A stretch of 63,645 nt of DNA, counting the filler, from Hausera hauseri (Eukaryota), in NCBI GenBank assembly GCA_046269625.1. It is 11 parts of 11 records of this genome, joined end to end, with 100 filler letters (N's around TTAATTAATTAA, not from the genome) between each part and the next. Parts side by side here need not be neighbours in the genome. Positions count along the whole stretch, not along the records: positions 48,912 to 54,341 come from JBJURY010257070.1; positions 54,442 to 59,318 come from JBJURY010406034.1; positions 59,419 to 63,645 come from JBJURY010688660.1; 8 more parts are not named here. The stretch is one strand, 5' to 3'. Positions 49,455-63,195 of the stretch are shown one piece after another (position 1 is the stretch's first letter; every line of letters starts with the position of its first letter). The notes beneath the pieces were generated by a model, which worked only from the letters and a program-made list of their open reading frames with translations, was not told the origin of the DNA and did not search any database. The position numbers were made by a program, and so were the translations under genes.

Positions 49455-52400
49455 TGTCCTGATGTTGCCAACACAGTATATCATTGTGAATTAGTCGATC
49501 AAGCCATTGTCAATGAGCAATGCAGCAAAATTCCCAGCTTGTGCAAACTTGGTACAGAAACATTATTTCTGATACATTTTATCTACAACGGATTTTAGGA
49601 AAATTCCCAACCGTATTTTGATATTTGCCAATAAAACCTATATGGGGGTTTCAGCCAACAGCAATACGTCATTGGACAGTGCAACAGTTTTAGTTGAAGT
49701 TTGTAAACACTTCTCCGCTTATTCCGATAGTTATGCTGTCAAAGAATCGTGTATCCAGTGTAAAAGCGATACATTCTGCCGTAAGAAATACACATTGAAA
49801 TTGATTTATTTTCATGGGATATTTTTACAGCTGTTCTATGTACGGGATCAAAAGTATGGTCAGATTGTCCAACATCAGACTGTCCAACAACGTGCAGAAA
49901 TATGCTCTAAATACCAAACACGTATTGTCAAATGTCAAAAGTTGGGAGGTGTTTTCGGACCGGGGCAAGTTGAATACAACGGAACGTGCATTTCCCCGTC
50001 AGAATGCCCATCTATTTACGATGGAGTAGAACGTCCATCTGGATTGAAAATCAAAATGGATTGCAACACGTGGTATTGACATTGTTATGGTGATATTCTT
50101 TAACTGTTGTTACAGCACATGCGTCTCATCCGTATGGCAATGTACATAGAATAATTGCCCCGCGGAATGCAAAATTATCAGTTCTCAAATTGAAACATTT
50201 GATGGAGCAAGAATGGCGTTTAACGACATGGGGTGTCAGTACAGTTTAATTGAACAAGTGAAGGGCAACAATGAGTCCCGGGCCAATGTCCAATTATATT
50301 TGCAGACTAACGCAATGGGCGGTTCAAGTTCAATGGATTCGGATGCTTATTTGAAATTACCGAAAATTTTAAAGATGATTGTCAACGGTATGACCATACT
50401 TTTATCATCAACGTCCAGTTCGATTGGCGATAATCCGATCACTGTTCAAGTGAATGGAGTCGATGTAACATCAAATCTACCGTATACGGATGATAAGAAA
50501 TACGTTGAAATCAAACAAATCACAACTGTTTATACATCGATAAAAGTTGGAAGCCATCTCACAATAACATTTGGTGGTTTCAGATCAATATTTATTAAAA
50601 TAACACTATCTTTGAAAAGAAATGTTGGACTTCATTTTAATGATATATCAAAACCAATTGTGTAATTTAGGTATATGGTCTGTGTGGAAAATTTGACGGA
50701 ATCTCAGAAAACGATTATACAGAGAAAACTCAAGATATTCGACAAAGTGTCACCAATATTGCACATTCTTATATGGTGGACACTTGTTCAAATGTTCCCG
50801 GATTTATTGTAGATCCACCAGTTCAAGATGTAAGTTTTTTTTGGGAAAAATGCAACCATCTGCTAAAATTAGCGACATCAGTGTTCTAATTTGAATCCGA
50901 TAGGTTAAAATGTTCCATTGCAAGCATTCGACTTCAAAGAGATTCAATATCCTTTTCTGTTAATTGGCATTTTGGTGAAATTTAGTCATTTATTAATATT
51001 CATTTTAAGTACATAAAAATTCAATTTATTACTCAAGTAAAATGTAATAAATAAAATTTCTCATTTACAAATTTCGAAAATTGAAGTCAGAATAATAAAC
51101 TTAGATTTGAAATGCGTCTAGCATATTTGATTTTCATGCGCTTCTGTTATCAGTGCTTGCAATAAAACTGGAAACATTAATGCAACATCGAAATTTGGAA
51201 TGTCCTATAATTGTCCAGTAGTATGATATGGACCTGATGTAGCACCCATTCTCAATTCCTAATCCTTATTTGATTACTACAGTGCAATGGTCGCAAGACA
51301 TGTAAATTTAAATGCTTTACATTTTGAAAGCATGAATGTGTCTCATTTACGCGACTGTCTTTTACAATGGGGACAAATTGCAGAAAATGTCCTAATTTTA
51401 CTTAAAATAAATATAACTTATACTACAACCCCATATAAAGCACCAAATTTATAAATCTCAATATTAATGAAACGAATATCAAATTGAAATGAATTAATAT
51501 AAATATCATTAAGAATGATTTGTGCAATAAAATTTTTGGAGGACTGGAATTCAGTGCGTGCATGAACACCAGTAAAGTTGAAAAATATTATTATGCTTCA
51601 TCATGTCGACGAGAAAATGTAGCGAATACGGATAGTTTAGCATACTGCTCAGCTGTTGTAGCCGCCGCAATCGACTGCAGACAATATGGTAGTCAATACG
51701 AAGTTTCATTTAAATCGGATGCTCTACGCAAATGCGGTAGGACTTTATTAATTTTCAGCATGTTCAAACTATAACCATAACTTATTACTACAATGTAATT
51801 ATCACAACAAAAGAATAAAAATAACCTGAATGCTCAAATTGCATACAACATTATGATTGGATAATAACGATGAGTCATAATTAACTCTGTCGAACTTATT
51901 AAATATTGTTTTAACCAAGGAACTTTGACACCTGAAAACAATTTATTGGTTTAATCTTATATCTTTTAACTTACTCTGCACCTAAAGAAGGTATCTTGGT
52001 AATAAAAAACGATTAAAAAATCGATTCAACCGATTAACTTTATCATCCACGTTACGGAGTAATATCAATCAACTAAATAGTTATAGAAACCCGTTGGGTA
52101 TTCTGTACCCTATTTAGTGCAAACAAACTTAATTTTCAAGCAAATTATTTTAAGCCCTAAAAGTTTAATTTAAAACGTAAAAGTAGTAGGAAGGACAATT
52201 AAAGGTATAAAAAAGAAACAAATAACTATACCCACTTGTAGTTACTGCAAAAGCAAACAGGGGTCCAAGTCAATATTGTACAACATTTATTTCAGAGTTA
52301 TACATGATAACAATTGTAGGCACTAGTAATCACAAATAAATTTTGTAAATTTTGAGGATTGTGAATGCTACTTATATAGATAAGAAAAAAATAAGTAATT

Positions 52401-54301
52401 ACAATTTCATAAAAGAACCAAAAAAAACAATTATTATTACAGCTCACTGGGACAGCTGTTATAATTTCAATTTTCCCATCAACGTGATAAATGCGTGGTG
52501 CATCGAAATTCTTAAATCGGCAATGTGATTAATCTTCAGTTTTAATTAAAGTTCATAACTTCATTGTTGAGCAGCATGAACTGAACTTATTCCCATCAAC
52601 TCCATGATTTAGCGTGATTTTGCCTGAATCATGTTTGTTAATCGATAATTCAAATGATTATGGCCTTGCTTATTTGATGATTTATTGCTAGTTTAAGTTT
52701 ACTTAATAAATAACGTTTAGGTTTTAATGATTGTTAACAAAGGAAATTAGATTTAAATAAACGAAACAGTTATTTTGTTGAATATCCAGTATACAATATA
52801 TTAATTTTTCCTGAAGTTGGCGTTATTATTTGTAACCATAGAACATTAAGTTCAAGTAATGGTTTCTCAATTTTTCTGTACTACAAAATTGATCTTTTGT
52901 GCATTAGATTTAAGGTTAGGTTTAGGAATATGTTTAGAGTTAGGTGAACATAATGAATTGTAGTAAATTAGGATTTGTAATACTAGAGAATTATGAAAAA
53001 GAGTATTAAGGTCATATAAAATTCTATTGAAATTTAATAAAATAATTTTTAAAAAAATGGAAATGTATAGAAGTTCATCTGAGAATACTGGATAATCCAC
53101 AAAACTTAGAAATTTTTGGATCATTATATTGCTTAATAGCCGTAGATAACTCCAATGAATTATAGACGATATATCTTATTAATTAGTCATTATAACAGTT
53201 TTGTTCTACCATGATGATGCATATTTTTTGCTTTTTAAAATACGCAGTTGACAATAAATATTTTTGACTGATGGGCTTTTAATTCCGTTACTGCAATATC
53301 GTTTTTATAGCTTTTGGACAGTATCCAAGATAGGGATGAATTGAAAAACGTGTCCATTTGACATAGGGTGATAGTGGAAACTATTGTAAGATGTCCATAT
53401 TAAATTACATAACTGTCACGCCGATTTCATAAGAAATAAAATTTTTTAATCACATTAAAATTGCCCAGTATTACATAACATTTTATGAGATTATGAAATT
53501 CATCACTTCAATGTTGACGAGTTGCCTAATTCAAGTGCTTTAAGGTGAATCAAGTTTAGACCTCCTTGATAAATTGAATCAGAATAATTTTCATTTGTAT
53601 TTGTTTTTTCAGTTTCTACTTGTAAGATTGGCGGACGATACTTCCAGATGTGTTCTCGTACTTGACAACGAACATGTAAAAACCTAGGAACTTCATCAAC
53701 CAGTACTTGTGAGAGCAATTACTATCTGGGCTGTGATTACGCTCCTGGTACATATTTAAGTGCTTCTGGACAATGCGTTTCAGTATCTGAGTGCACTTGT
53801 TGGAATCCATATAGACAGGATGATCCTAGTGTTCCAGCTGAAGCAGTGTTTGAATTATGTTGTCAGAAATGGTATTTTGTGTATTTTACTTTCCAATGAC
53901 AAACACAATGTTAAAGCATTTGTCAAAATGGTCTATTTAACTACACATCCAAACCAAATTGTCAAACGATTCAGTGTCCTAAAAACCAAGTGTACACGGA
54001 TGTTGTTCCTGCATGTAATTCGTGCGATAATCTGGATACATGTGATCCTTCTAAATCAATCATTGGTTCTTGCGGTTGTCCAAACGGAACAGTGGCCCGA
54101 AAAGATGTAGACATTCAACATTTATGGTTCATGGTTCATTTGTGCCGTTTTAGGGTACATGTGTTGAACAATCCGAATGCCCCTGTGTTTACATGGGTAA
54201 AGAATACACACATCAACAGCAGTTGTCCGTAAACTGCTTTAGTCATATTTGCAATAATAGGAAATGGACATCCGTGTCCTCAAATAAGGATAATTGCGAA
54301 G
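49455..54301 (+). pseudogene. Multi-exon vWD-C8-TIL (gel-forming mucin / vWF / SCO-spondin / hemocytin-like) gene segment with disabling lesions
   Basis: GT-AG exons at 49455-49551, 49599-49780, 49831-50072, 50116-50623, 50671-50829, 51514-51736, 53613-53871, 53917-54106 and 54154-54301. Motifs ETFDG..CQYSL, VYGLCGKFDGISEND, C8 cysteines, TIL CPTTC/CVSVSEC/CVEQSECPC. In-frame stops at 49908, 50147 and 53663 and a frameshift near 49950. Confidence 0.88.
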
Positions 54302-54461
54302 GTATATTCATTATGTGATGGAATTATGTGATTGAATTAATNNNNNNNNNNNNNNNNNNNNNNNNNNNNNNNNNNNNNNNNNNNNTTAATTAATTAANNN
54401 NNNNNNNNNNNNNNNNNNNNNNNNNNNNNNNNNNNNNNNNNTATGAAGTGTAAAAGGATAA

Positions 54462-55003
54462 AGAGAAAAATCGCGAAACGAAAAGTGTTTGTGTCAGTTG
54501 AGCTTAGTTTGAATAAGATGTTGGGTACCTTTGACTGATTTTTCCCTGCTATACTTGCTGAATTTGACTCTGCGTGTTGTGTCTTTGTGCGATGTGTTTG
54601 TTTGCAGAGATTGAGGTTGGGGAAAATTGTTAGATTTTGATGTAGGTGTTGTGTCGTGCGAAGATGAATCAGAATAAAGAGAAGAAGGAAGAGGGATTGT
54701 TGAAGACAGATGGTTAAAGTCATTGAAAAGAGTGTTGGAAGACGAAGGAGTGATGAAAGGTGTAGTAGTGGACAAAGGAAGAGAGGAAAAAGTTGGAGTA
54801 GAGATTGGAATTGTGTTGAGTGAAAGGGTGGAAGTGGAAGATGATACAGTGGGAGTAGTAGGAATAGGGGTAGAAAGTGGAGAAAATGATGGAGCAAGAC
54901 TAGGCGTAGACGAGGAATGTGGAAGTGGTGTAGCAATAGATATAGAGATAGTAGGGAGTGAAGGAGTGAGAAAAGATGTTGACGTGTCGGTTGGTAAAGT
55001 CAA
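54462..55003 (-). mobile_element. Ser/Thr/Pro-rich post-integrase tail of the CsRn1-like Gypsy family
   Basis: Low-complexity S/T/P ORF ending RRVKFSKYSREKSVKGTQHLIQTK, homologous to RKSVTFSTYSKEIINAGIQRLIHTK at 9639-9712. Confidence 0.75.
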
Positions 55004-57920
55004 ACATAGCCAAAAATAGCATATTTAGGGTCAAAATCGGTCAAAACACCAAATAATCGCACAACCTATAATATATTCACAAACCCCGTGAAAAATACTA
55101 CTTACCAGCTAAACACATAATTTTGATCCATCTCCCCCTTCGCCCTCAAATCCAGCTACGAAGTTGAAAAAATGCCCTCAGCAAATGTTCAATAATTTTT
55201 GGGTATCTTAAGGGTCGTAGGACAGGTCAATTTTACTACTAGGTTATAGCTCTTGGCCCAACGAATAAGATTTCATATTTTTATTTCCCCTTCGGGCTTG
55301 TTTTTTGCAATGAAGGCTCAATTTGATGAAAATTTCTAAAAAAGTACTCCAAAAGAGGTGAAAATCACCCGTCACCCCCAAATGCACAGTAGATTTGAAA
55401 GCCCACAAAAATACTTCTGACCACCTGAACACAAATTTATCCAACCTCCCTTTACCCTCAAATCCAGCACCTAATGTGAAAAAATGTCATTCTGTATATA
55501 TTACTTCTCCCATCGAATTTTGTTTCAATAAATCTATTCGCAAATATACTTGTCATAAGTATAACTGATGGCAATTATATAGCTGCTCAAATTCGTTGTG
55601 GCTGGTGCGCACAACTCTTCTGTGCATTTCATTACTTCTTCTATGAAAATTCCCATAATTGCAGAAGATATAATCCTAATCCGGATTAAGCTTTCTTGAC
55701 AGAAGTCAGATCAAATCCCGTTGAATATTTAATTTATGCAGCTCTTTGATGATCAGGCTTTTTATTGTATATTAATTTATATAAAATAATGAACGTAGAA
55801 CATGTGCTCAAAGATCAACAAGAATTCATAAGTTTTAATGTCGCCATAGAACTTCCACATTCCTAAGTTTACTTGCTTGTTGCTTTGTATGGATATTTGT
55901 TTTGAAATTTTGTATTTTGCTTTCGATGTTTCAAATTTCTGTTTCGTAATTTTAAATATTTTTATAAGTAAACAATAATATGTGTTATATATTAGGGTGG
56001 CCCTTAACTTTCTCCCCTATATATAACGTTACACTTGAATTTAAACAAGTTACCTGCAGATTCGGTTTAACGTTCTTGTTAAACGAATGTGCCAATATGT
56101 CAAGATTTATTAATGCAGGTAGGTGAATGCGTATCCTGTGCAAGATTTCAATGTCTAGTCGCTATATAATTTAAGTGAAAATTTTATCCTAGGGTAACTC
56201 TAATCGACTTTAAAACTATTCAATTTATTTTAAAAAAACAATCACTGAAAACAACTGTTTACACCTACTACTTACAGATCATGTACTACAATTTCAACGG
56301 CTAATAATATCGATCTATGACATATGTGGTGCGTTCAATAAGTACCCGACCTGAGGCAGAAAACAATTTCAGGATCACATAATTTTATTACACAAAAAAA
56401 ACAAAATTATAAAGTACAATTTAATCAAAATATCGGATTCACGCAATAAAATCAGCAAAATAACTACAAGTGCCAAAAAACGAATCACTGCAGAAGTGAT
56501 CAGCACTTGTAGTCAAGAAGCAAAATTAATAAGCAAAATCTGTGGATTTAAATGCGTTTGTTTCAATCCACAGTAAAAGACCTGAACATGATATTCAAAG
56601 AAACAAAACGATGAAGCAAATCACAAGAGAATAAATGTCAGAAACTCTGAAAATCAAGGGAAAGGGCCAGATGACAGCTATCAGTAGCGAAAAAACAAAA
56701 AATATGTAGCAAGCCCCGGTAAACCGATAGTCAGGAGAATCGAAAAGGTGATTGCGTCTATGCGTACCACAGAGACTAGAGGGAGTGCGAAGCCCACTTA
56801 ACCCTACGTTCCCCGTCAATCTTGATGAGACCATCGACTTGACTTCGGGATACCAAAACCCGAAAGCACCTCAACTTACATACACGGAAGGAAGCGCGAG
56901 CTCTGTCATAACAAGCAGTATTACCAATAACTCCCGACAAAATGGATATTGTATCGGAGAGTCCAAGGCGATGACTCCGGGGTACAACATTCCAAAAATG
57001 CTCCTACCAGCACACGCTGAAACAGAAGTGAAAACCGACAGCCGTGTCGCTTCCACGGAACAAGTGCAAACAGAGGATCGACAACTCCTAACCCGGCGAG
57101 AAACCGTTTCACGCGGAAGAAGACGCTGCAGCAACGTCCAGCGAGCTCCGTACCGATTTTATTCGGATTACCGAACGGTACTTTAGCTATTACAGCGCAG
57201 CTGTGTCATGCGGCACCTTACCAGTTTAAGGGATGACGATCCCTATTCCCTTCCGGTCGACACTCTCGACCGAATCTACATCGACGGGGAGAATAGGCGA
57301 CTCTTGATTCATCGGTCGTCCTATCAGTCTTCATAAGACTGGTGGCTGCAACAGACCGTCTCTTTGAATCGCTGGTTCCATCCGAGAGCAAGCTGATTTC
57401 AGGCAACCAAACCAACAAAACACGGCGACTAACGACGTCGAGCTCCAGCTCGGACGATTTGCCGATCGCTCCTCGGCAACTTCGCAGACCCGAACCGTCC
57501 CGATCCTCTACCGAGGACTCATACGCGTCAGCGGATAAACCGAAAAATTATAATAAACTTTTTTCGAGTTACTTGTTTTTTTGTTCCTTTTATTCGCCCA
57601 CGTCGTTTTATTCGACAGTCTTGTGAAATCTGCACGCCATGTTGTGCATAGTTCTTTTAGGAGCATAACAAAAGCTTCTAAACCTACTCCATTTCTGCTT
57701 TATTTTTAATTTGGGGTCTGAAAATTCGTTTTTGCGGGTTTCTCGTGACTCTCTAGCTATCGCAAAAAGAATTATTCAAATCCCGAAATTCCAACATAAT
57801 AAATTTACTGGTTAGAAATTACTGCGGTTATAATAAAGTCAAAATTCCATGTTAGAAATTTATGAATCTGTTGTACTCTATTGAAACTAACAAAAACAAA
57901 ATAGACCGAAGCCGACAGAA

Positions 57921-59318
57921 TTGATGAAAAATATTGCAAGACGATATTGCTGCAAAGCGATGGGTAAACAAGTTCCAGAAGCCAAACCGTTGCTACCCGG
58001 TCAATGTTTCTGCTGCGGCGAGCACGGCCACAGAAGGTTTGAATGCCCCTTACGTCATAGATGTTTGATATGTGGACAAGAAAGTCATCGTTATAGGATG
58101 TGCCCCAGGATTCACAGGATCAGAAACCAAGAGAAGCCGGTTGTGTGTCTACAAGAAGAATTTTCTGATGATTTTGACGTCACGTACGAATATGATGATA
58201 TTTTAGATGCTGTAGACGAGGAGAGGTCACAAAAATGGGTGGCAGCCCACTGTGCCTATCTTGACAATCGGGTTGCAGCAGTAAAGGAAAAAGAAGCCAA
58301 AGATAGACAGAGGAAGCCGATGATGTATAAGAAGTCAGACGGTCGGTGGTGGAGTACCATGATGTGTAGAAGAACAGAAATTAAAATTCTATGGGACTCT
58401 AGAGCTTTAGTTTCGGTGATAAGTGCAGAATGTTGGAGAAAGATTGGACAGCCAACCCTTTTAGCATCGGATGTTCGTTTAATTGGAGTTTTTCGCCAAC
58501 TAATGAAAGTTGCATGGGAACATGTAAAGTGCGTGCAAAATGGGGAGTTAAAGATGTAGTACTAACTACTTACGTGGTGAAAAAGCTATCGCCTGCCTTT
58601 ATTGGAGGAATCAACACAATGGATAAGTTTGGAGTAAGGTTAGTGGGGGTTGCCGTATTGGACTCACGAAAGACGGCACAAGAAGTGACGACAGAGAAGC
58701 GGACGCAGTTGGCCTTGAAAGTTGTCGCAGCACACCCATCGCTCAAAAGGATAATTCAAATGTATAGTGATATTTTTATGGCTTCAGCTTTTGACATAGG
58801 CCATACAAAGATCGTGCAACATCACATTCAGACAACAGGGGACCCAATTGCACAGCCGCCCAGGAGACTTCCGATTCACTTGGAGCCAAAGGTTGAAAGA
58901 TTGATCGACCGAATGCTAAACAGCGAAATTATCAGGACGTGCCAAAGCCCTTGGAATACACCACTGGTAGTGATATCTAAAAAATACGGGTCCATTCGCA
59001 TGTTCATGGACTTTGGGAAGTTGAACGCAGTTACGGAGAAGTTCACGTTTCCATTTCCGGATATTTATGGACTCTGGGATGCTTTACAAGGTGCGACTGT
59101 GTTTTCAACAATAAATCTCGAAAACGCATACTATCAGGTAGAGTTAACAGAAACCTCAGAAGTGAAGACAGCGTTTAGCACAAAGATGGGTCAATTCTGT
59201 TTTAATCGATTGCCGCTTGGGTTATGCACGGCTACTGCGATGTTTCAAAGATTGATGCACATAATTTTTGAGGGAATGCTGTATAAAGGGGTTGTAGTAT
59301 ACCTGGATGACATATTGG
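57921..59318 (+). mobile_element. Second Ty3/Gypsy lineage: gag with two CCHC knuckles, protease and RT (cut by the linker)
   Basis: CFCCGEHGHRRFEC and CLICGQESHRYRMC; ILWDSRALVSVI; SPWNTPLVVISKKYGSIRMFMDFGKLNAVT; KTAFSTKMGQFCFNRLPLGL; VYLDDIL. Confidence 0.93.
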
Positions 59319-59838
59319 NNNNNNNNNNNNNNNNNNNNNNNNNNNNNNNNNNNNNNNNNNNNTTAATTAATTAANNNNNNNNNNNNNNNNNNNNNNNNNN
59401 NNNNNNNNNNNNNNNNNNAAGGATTAAAACAAAAAATTAAAACAAAGAATCTATTACATATCGCGGAAGAAGCCTAAAAGTACTTTATTTAATTTAATGA
59501 AAGGTCTGAAAACAAAGGTGAGAAATGCTAGTAGATTTAATGTTGATTCTGTCATTTGATAATGTATTTTCATGTACATAATACTAAATTTGTACGATTT
59601 TTTTGTCGCCACAACCTTATGTAACAATCTTCTGCTTGTTAATCAAATAGATTTTCAACTCCATGCTTACTCATATGTGAAACTAAAAATTAAAAACTGC
59701 ATAAAGTTTACATAATGCTAATGTGTTTAATCCTCACTAATTCACATGGGAAGAGACTTATTATCTGAACGCGTGGAATTAATGGGAAAAAAATTTACTT
59801 CGACAGATGTTTTAGTGCAATAAATCGGGCGGGAGAGA

Positions 59839-60072
59839 TGTGAGATCCTTACTTAATCCTAACTTATAGGTAATGTGTGGGGGACAGTGTCCTCTAATGC
59901 TGATTTTAGATTATTACTCTCTACGATTTACTTTGCACTCAGTTACTTAAGATTAGACAGGATGCCATCGGGTAGGTTTGACCTGGCCGGCTTGTGCAAC
60001 CAAATTACTTACGGGTTTATTTAGTTATTGACAGTTTACTTAAGGATAAAACATAAAAGACAGCATCTCACG
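59839..60072 (+). repeat. Putative LTR preceded by a polypurine tract
   Basis: GGGCGGGAGAGA directly precedes TGTGAGAT (59839); the inverted terminus ATCTCAC(G) is at 60065-60072. Confidence 0.5.
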
Positions 60073-60479
60073 GATACAAAAACAACAGTATGTAATTCTG
60101 GAAACAAATAAATGAAGAATCCAAAACATAAAAGTTACTATGCGTACGTAATATCAAATGACAGAAGTAATAAGTATCAACGTATTAAATATGATAACCG
60201 TGACAATTAACAAAGAAATAAAAATATATCGCTTACGTCAATGAAGCACATATCACCAGAGTTCAAAAATGTTCGACTAGTTGTATTTTTACACCAATAT
60301 TTATATCCTATTTCACAATCGACTCATCACACAAATAATGAAATAAAAACACAGTAAGCTTATCTTTCATTAAATCCCATTAAGTCTAATTCAGGGAGTC
60401 ATGCAGAAGAAATAAACCAGCAGGAGAAAATCAGTATTCAATTACATTGTAAGTTTATTTGTTTTCAATTTAATTGTTT

Positions 60480-61400
60480 AATTAGCGATCAATCAGGATT
60501 GTTCAATCGGTCAACTTGCTGGGGAGTTAGAAGGAAATTGTACCGAATTTTATTGGCTGGCCGGTAGAGAATGGAAGGTGGTCGTTCTCGAAGCAAATTT
60601 ATACCGTATTCCATCTGGTTTGAAGATTTCGTCATCTATCAATACTTCCTCTATATTAATTCTTCACTTCCTTAATAATGCTTCTTTTGGTCATTCTAGG
60701 ACCCTGTTAGAGGCCGCAGTATCGTTTATGAATTCATCACCCCATCGTAAAGTATTGTAATTGGCATGGTAACATTGTACCAACGCCATGCTACGGAGCG
60801 GCATACCCCGAATTTCATAAAATTTCTTCGCAAGCTCTTTATACGTTGCCGTCTCTAATTTATACTTTTGAATTACCTCTTCGCGATACACCAGATCACG
60901 AACTCTGATCATTCGTCGTAATGGACATAGGAGGTGTTTTTGTAACATCTCGAGAACTGCGGCTCCGACTACCAATTTTTCAGTTAAGATGATGGAAACT
61001 TTTTAATAGAAGACATTGCCATCCATCTGGTTATTAATATTTAATTATGTCAGACCAGTGATGAGAATCAAAATTGTTTATTCGTTGTCTGGAGGTTACT
61101 ATGGTATAGAGTAAGGTGTTTCCATGCAAATCGATAATAGAACACCCCAACGGGCTAAGTTGATTATTTTGGTCGTAAACAAGATTAACAGCTACAAATA
61201 CGATGTCGTTATTGGTAATGTGGGCTAATCGTCTGTAGGGTTTTCCAACGTATTTCAGATAGTCTGGTTCGACAAGGTCAAAACATTTTCCAGGTGGAGG
61301 CGTGATCCAATTGGCTTATGCCCTTATAAATTCCACTCCGATCATAATTTTATTGGTTAGTGTACGAATTTTGAGATCATTTTTCCTGACCAGATCAAAT
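60480..61400 (-). pseudogene. Second, highly diverged DEDDh (REX4/ISG20-like) exonuclease-fold ORF, disrupted
   Basis: Hand translation: DIVFVAVNLVYDQNNQLSPLGCSIIDLHGNTLLYTIVTSRQRINNFDSH/TGLT*..KVSIILTEKLVVGAAVLEML..RVRDL..TYKELAKKFY, following the pattern VALDCE..ARVSIVN.HG.VLYD.YVKP..V.DY....SGI...KV..LL.G.ILVGHAL. Confidence 0.65.
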
Positions 61401-61930
61401 TGAATTGTCACTCCAGATTAATCAAGTCACCTGATTGATTTGTCTTTTTATCTTTTGTTTTTATTTGAAATTTTCCAATTATGTCGTAGATGTTGATGCT
61501 ATGGAATTTGTCGGGAAGACTAATTATATCCTGGAGAAGAAATGAGGTCACCTTTGTTATCTAGATCAGAGCTAACTACTGATTACCGTATCCTTTTAGA
61601 TTGTTGGGGATCTGTTGTACCATAGAGTAGTTGAGACTATAGGTATTTTCACTTATTACAATATGGTATTGATTAGAGGAACTGGCGTTCATGAGATGAT
61701 TTTTGGCATTTTCATACCATTTTTGATGCGTTGTACTGATTGTATTTCCATTAGGGTGATTACTACAAATAGAAATGTCAAATACCCATAGCTTAACAAT
61801 GATTCAATGGTTATCCTAGTAATTTTGGTAATCGTTGTTATAGCAAGTCTATTATATTTCAAGGTAACTGAGTAACGTTCAGTTATCCTATTTTTTGGAT
61901 TGCGTCGACAACAATCCGTTGAAGCCATCG

Positions 61931-62489
61931 TCAATTTGGATTATCTGTATCCAAGATATTTGGTATACGTCGCATGTCTATTCTAGCCCTGTTTGTTCTA
62001 CGACGCTTTCGTGAGTAAGAGACTATTTTTACGGTAAATATTATACCTATTGCTATTATTATGGGGGTTATTGTACATATTAATATTATCTCTAACCGTG
62101 AATGCAAATACGTCGTACGTGAGGGTTTTAAGGTTGTGACTACCTCAACGGTGAACTTTTCCTGTAATTTTATTCTTACTTCATTTCTAGTCAGAAAGTA
62201 AAGACCTTTGTTGATATTATCTCATTATTGTCGTTATAGAGTTGCAACATTATTGTACATACGGTATTTGGGGTCAATGCCACACAGGGCACAATTAAAT
62301 AATGTGGTGTTACTACTCCTTTGGCGACGATGACGTCTCGTGTCTTACAGGTAAAATTTACTTTAAAGAAATCAAGGTCTGGTTTCACAGATATTATTAG
62401 GGAAGTCGGGGCGGTGGTAACTGTTACGTTTTCCCATATGGAGCATTTTGTCGGTAATATGATGTGTATGGTTAAATTAGAATAGTCAT
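61931..62489 (-). pseudogene. Small intronless type-I membrane protein: signal peptide - FN3-like domain - Thr-rich stalk - TM - basic tail (two frameshifts)
   Basis: MTILI/TIHIILPTKCS-IWENVTVTTAPTSLIISVKPDLDFFKVNFTC..LTPNTVCTIMLQLYN..VFTF/LTRNE..VVTTLKPSRTT..IILICTITPIIIAIGIIFTVKIVSY-SRKRRR..DNPN*. Confidence 0.55.
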
Positions 62490-62714
62490 CTCCCTTTCAT
62501 TACATTTATTAGTTAGCAAGGAGTACACATATGATGCTGTGACATTCTTTAGTTCTTCAACATACTCAACTTTATTTCGATATCACACGTACATGGTTGG
62601 TCCTTCTCTTTTTATACTATTCAGAGATTGCCAATATTCTTTCCGAGTAAGCTTGTAGTCAACCATATATAGAAGGTGAGTCAAAAGTAACAAACTGAAA
62701 AGATAAGAATTTTC

Positions 62715-63195
62715 AATCTTAGAAATACAATCCATTCTACGGTGTTTTGTCATCGATCAGCAAAATTTTCGATTCCGACCAGATACCATGCAGCCGGCTT
62801 TGAGGCGAAGAACTCAGACACCCTTCTCGACTTCGTTAAGGTTCCGGAAAGTTCTGCCGCGAAGTGAGCCATCGACTTGAAAAGATGGTAGGCCGAAGGA
62901 GCAATGTCTGGGCTATAAGCTGGATGTGGCAAAAGTTCGATTCCATCCAGCTCCCGAATTTTTTCTTCCGTAGATCGGACGGTGTGCGGCGGAGCATTAT
63001 CTTGCTGAAGCAGAACCCGTTTTCTGTTGACCCTTGCCGGGTACTTTCGGACTAAGACCTCATACATCCGTTCAAGTTGTTGATATAGCTGTAATGCCAT
63101 GGCCATCTGCGACTAGCTCAAAATGTACTGGACCCTTAAAATTCCACCAAAAACATAACATGACCTTGTGTTCGAACCGTCCCCGTCTCGCAACA
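62715..63195 (-). mobile_element. mariner (DD34D) transposase C-terminal remnant
   Basis: KVMLCFWWNFKG; VLLQQDNAPPH; LLPHPAYSPDIAPSAYHLFKSM. Confidence 0.92.

Noticed and set aside
49908-53665. Stop-codon reassignment explaining the in-frame stops
   Set aside because: All three stop types occur together with frameshifts and missense loss of cysteines; decay or sequencing error is simpler.
54723-55019. Val/Gly/Glu-rich ORFs (also 9272-9562)
   Set aside because: Antisense shadows of the S/T/P-rich Gypsy tails.
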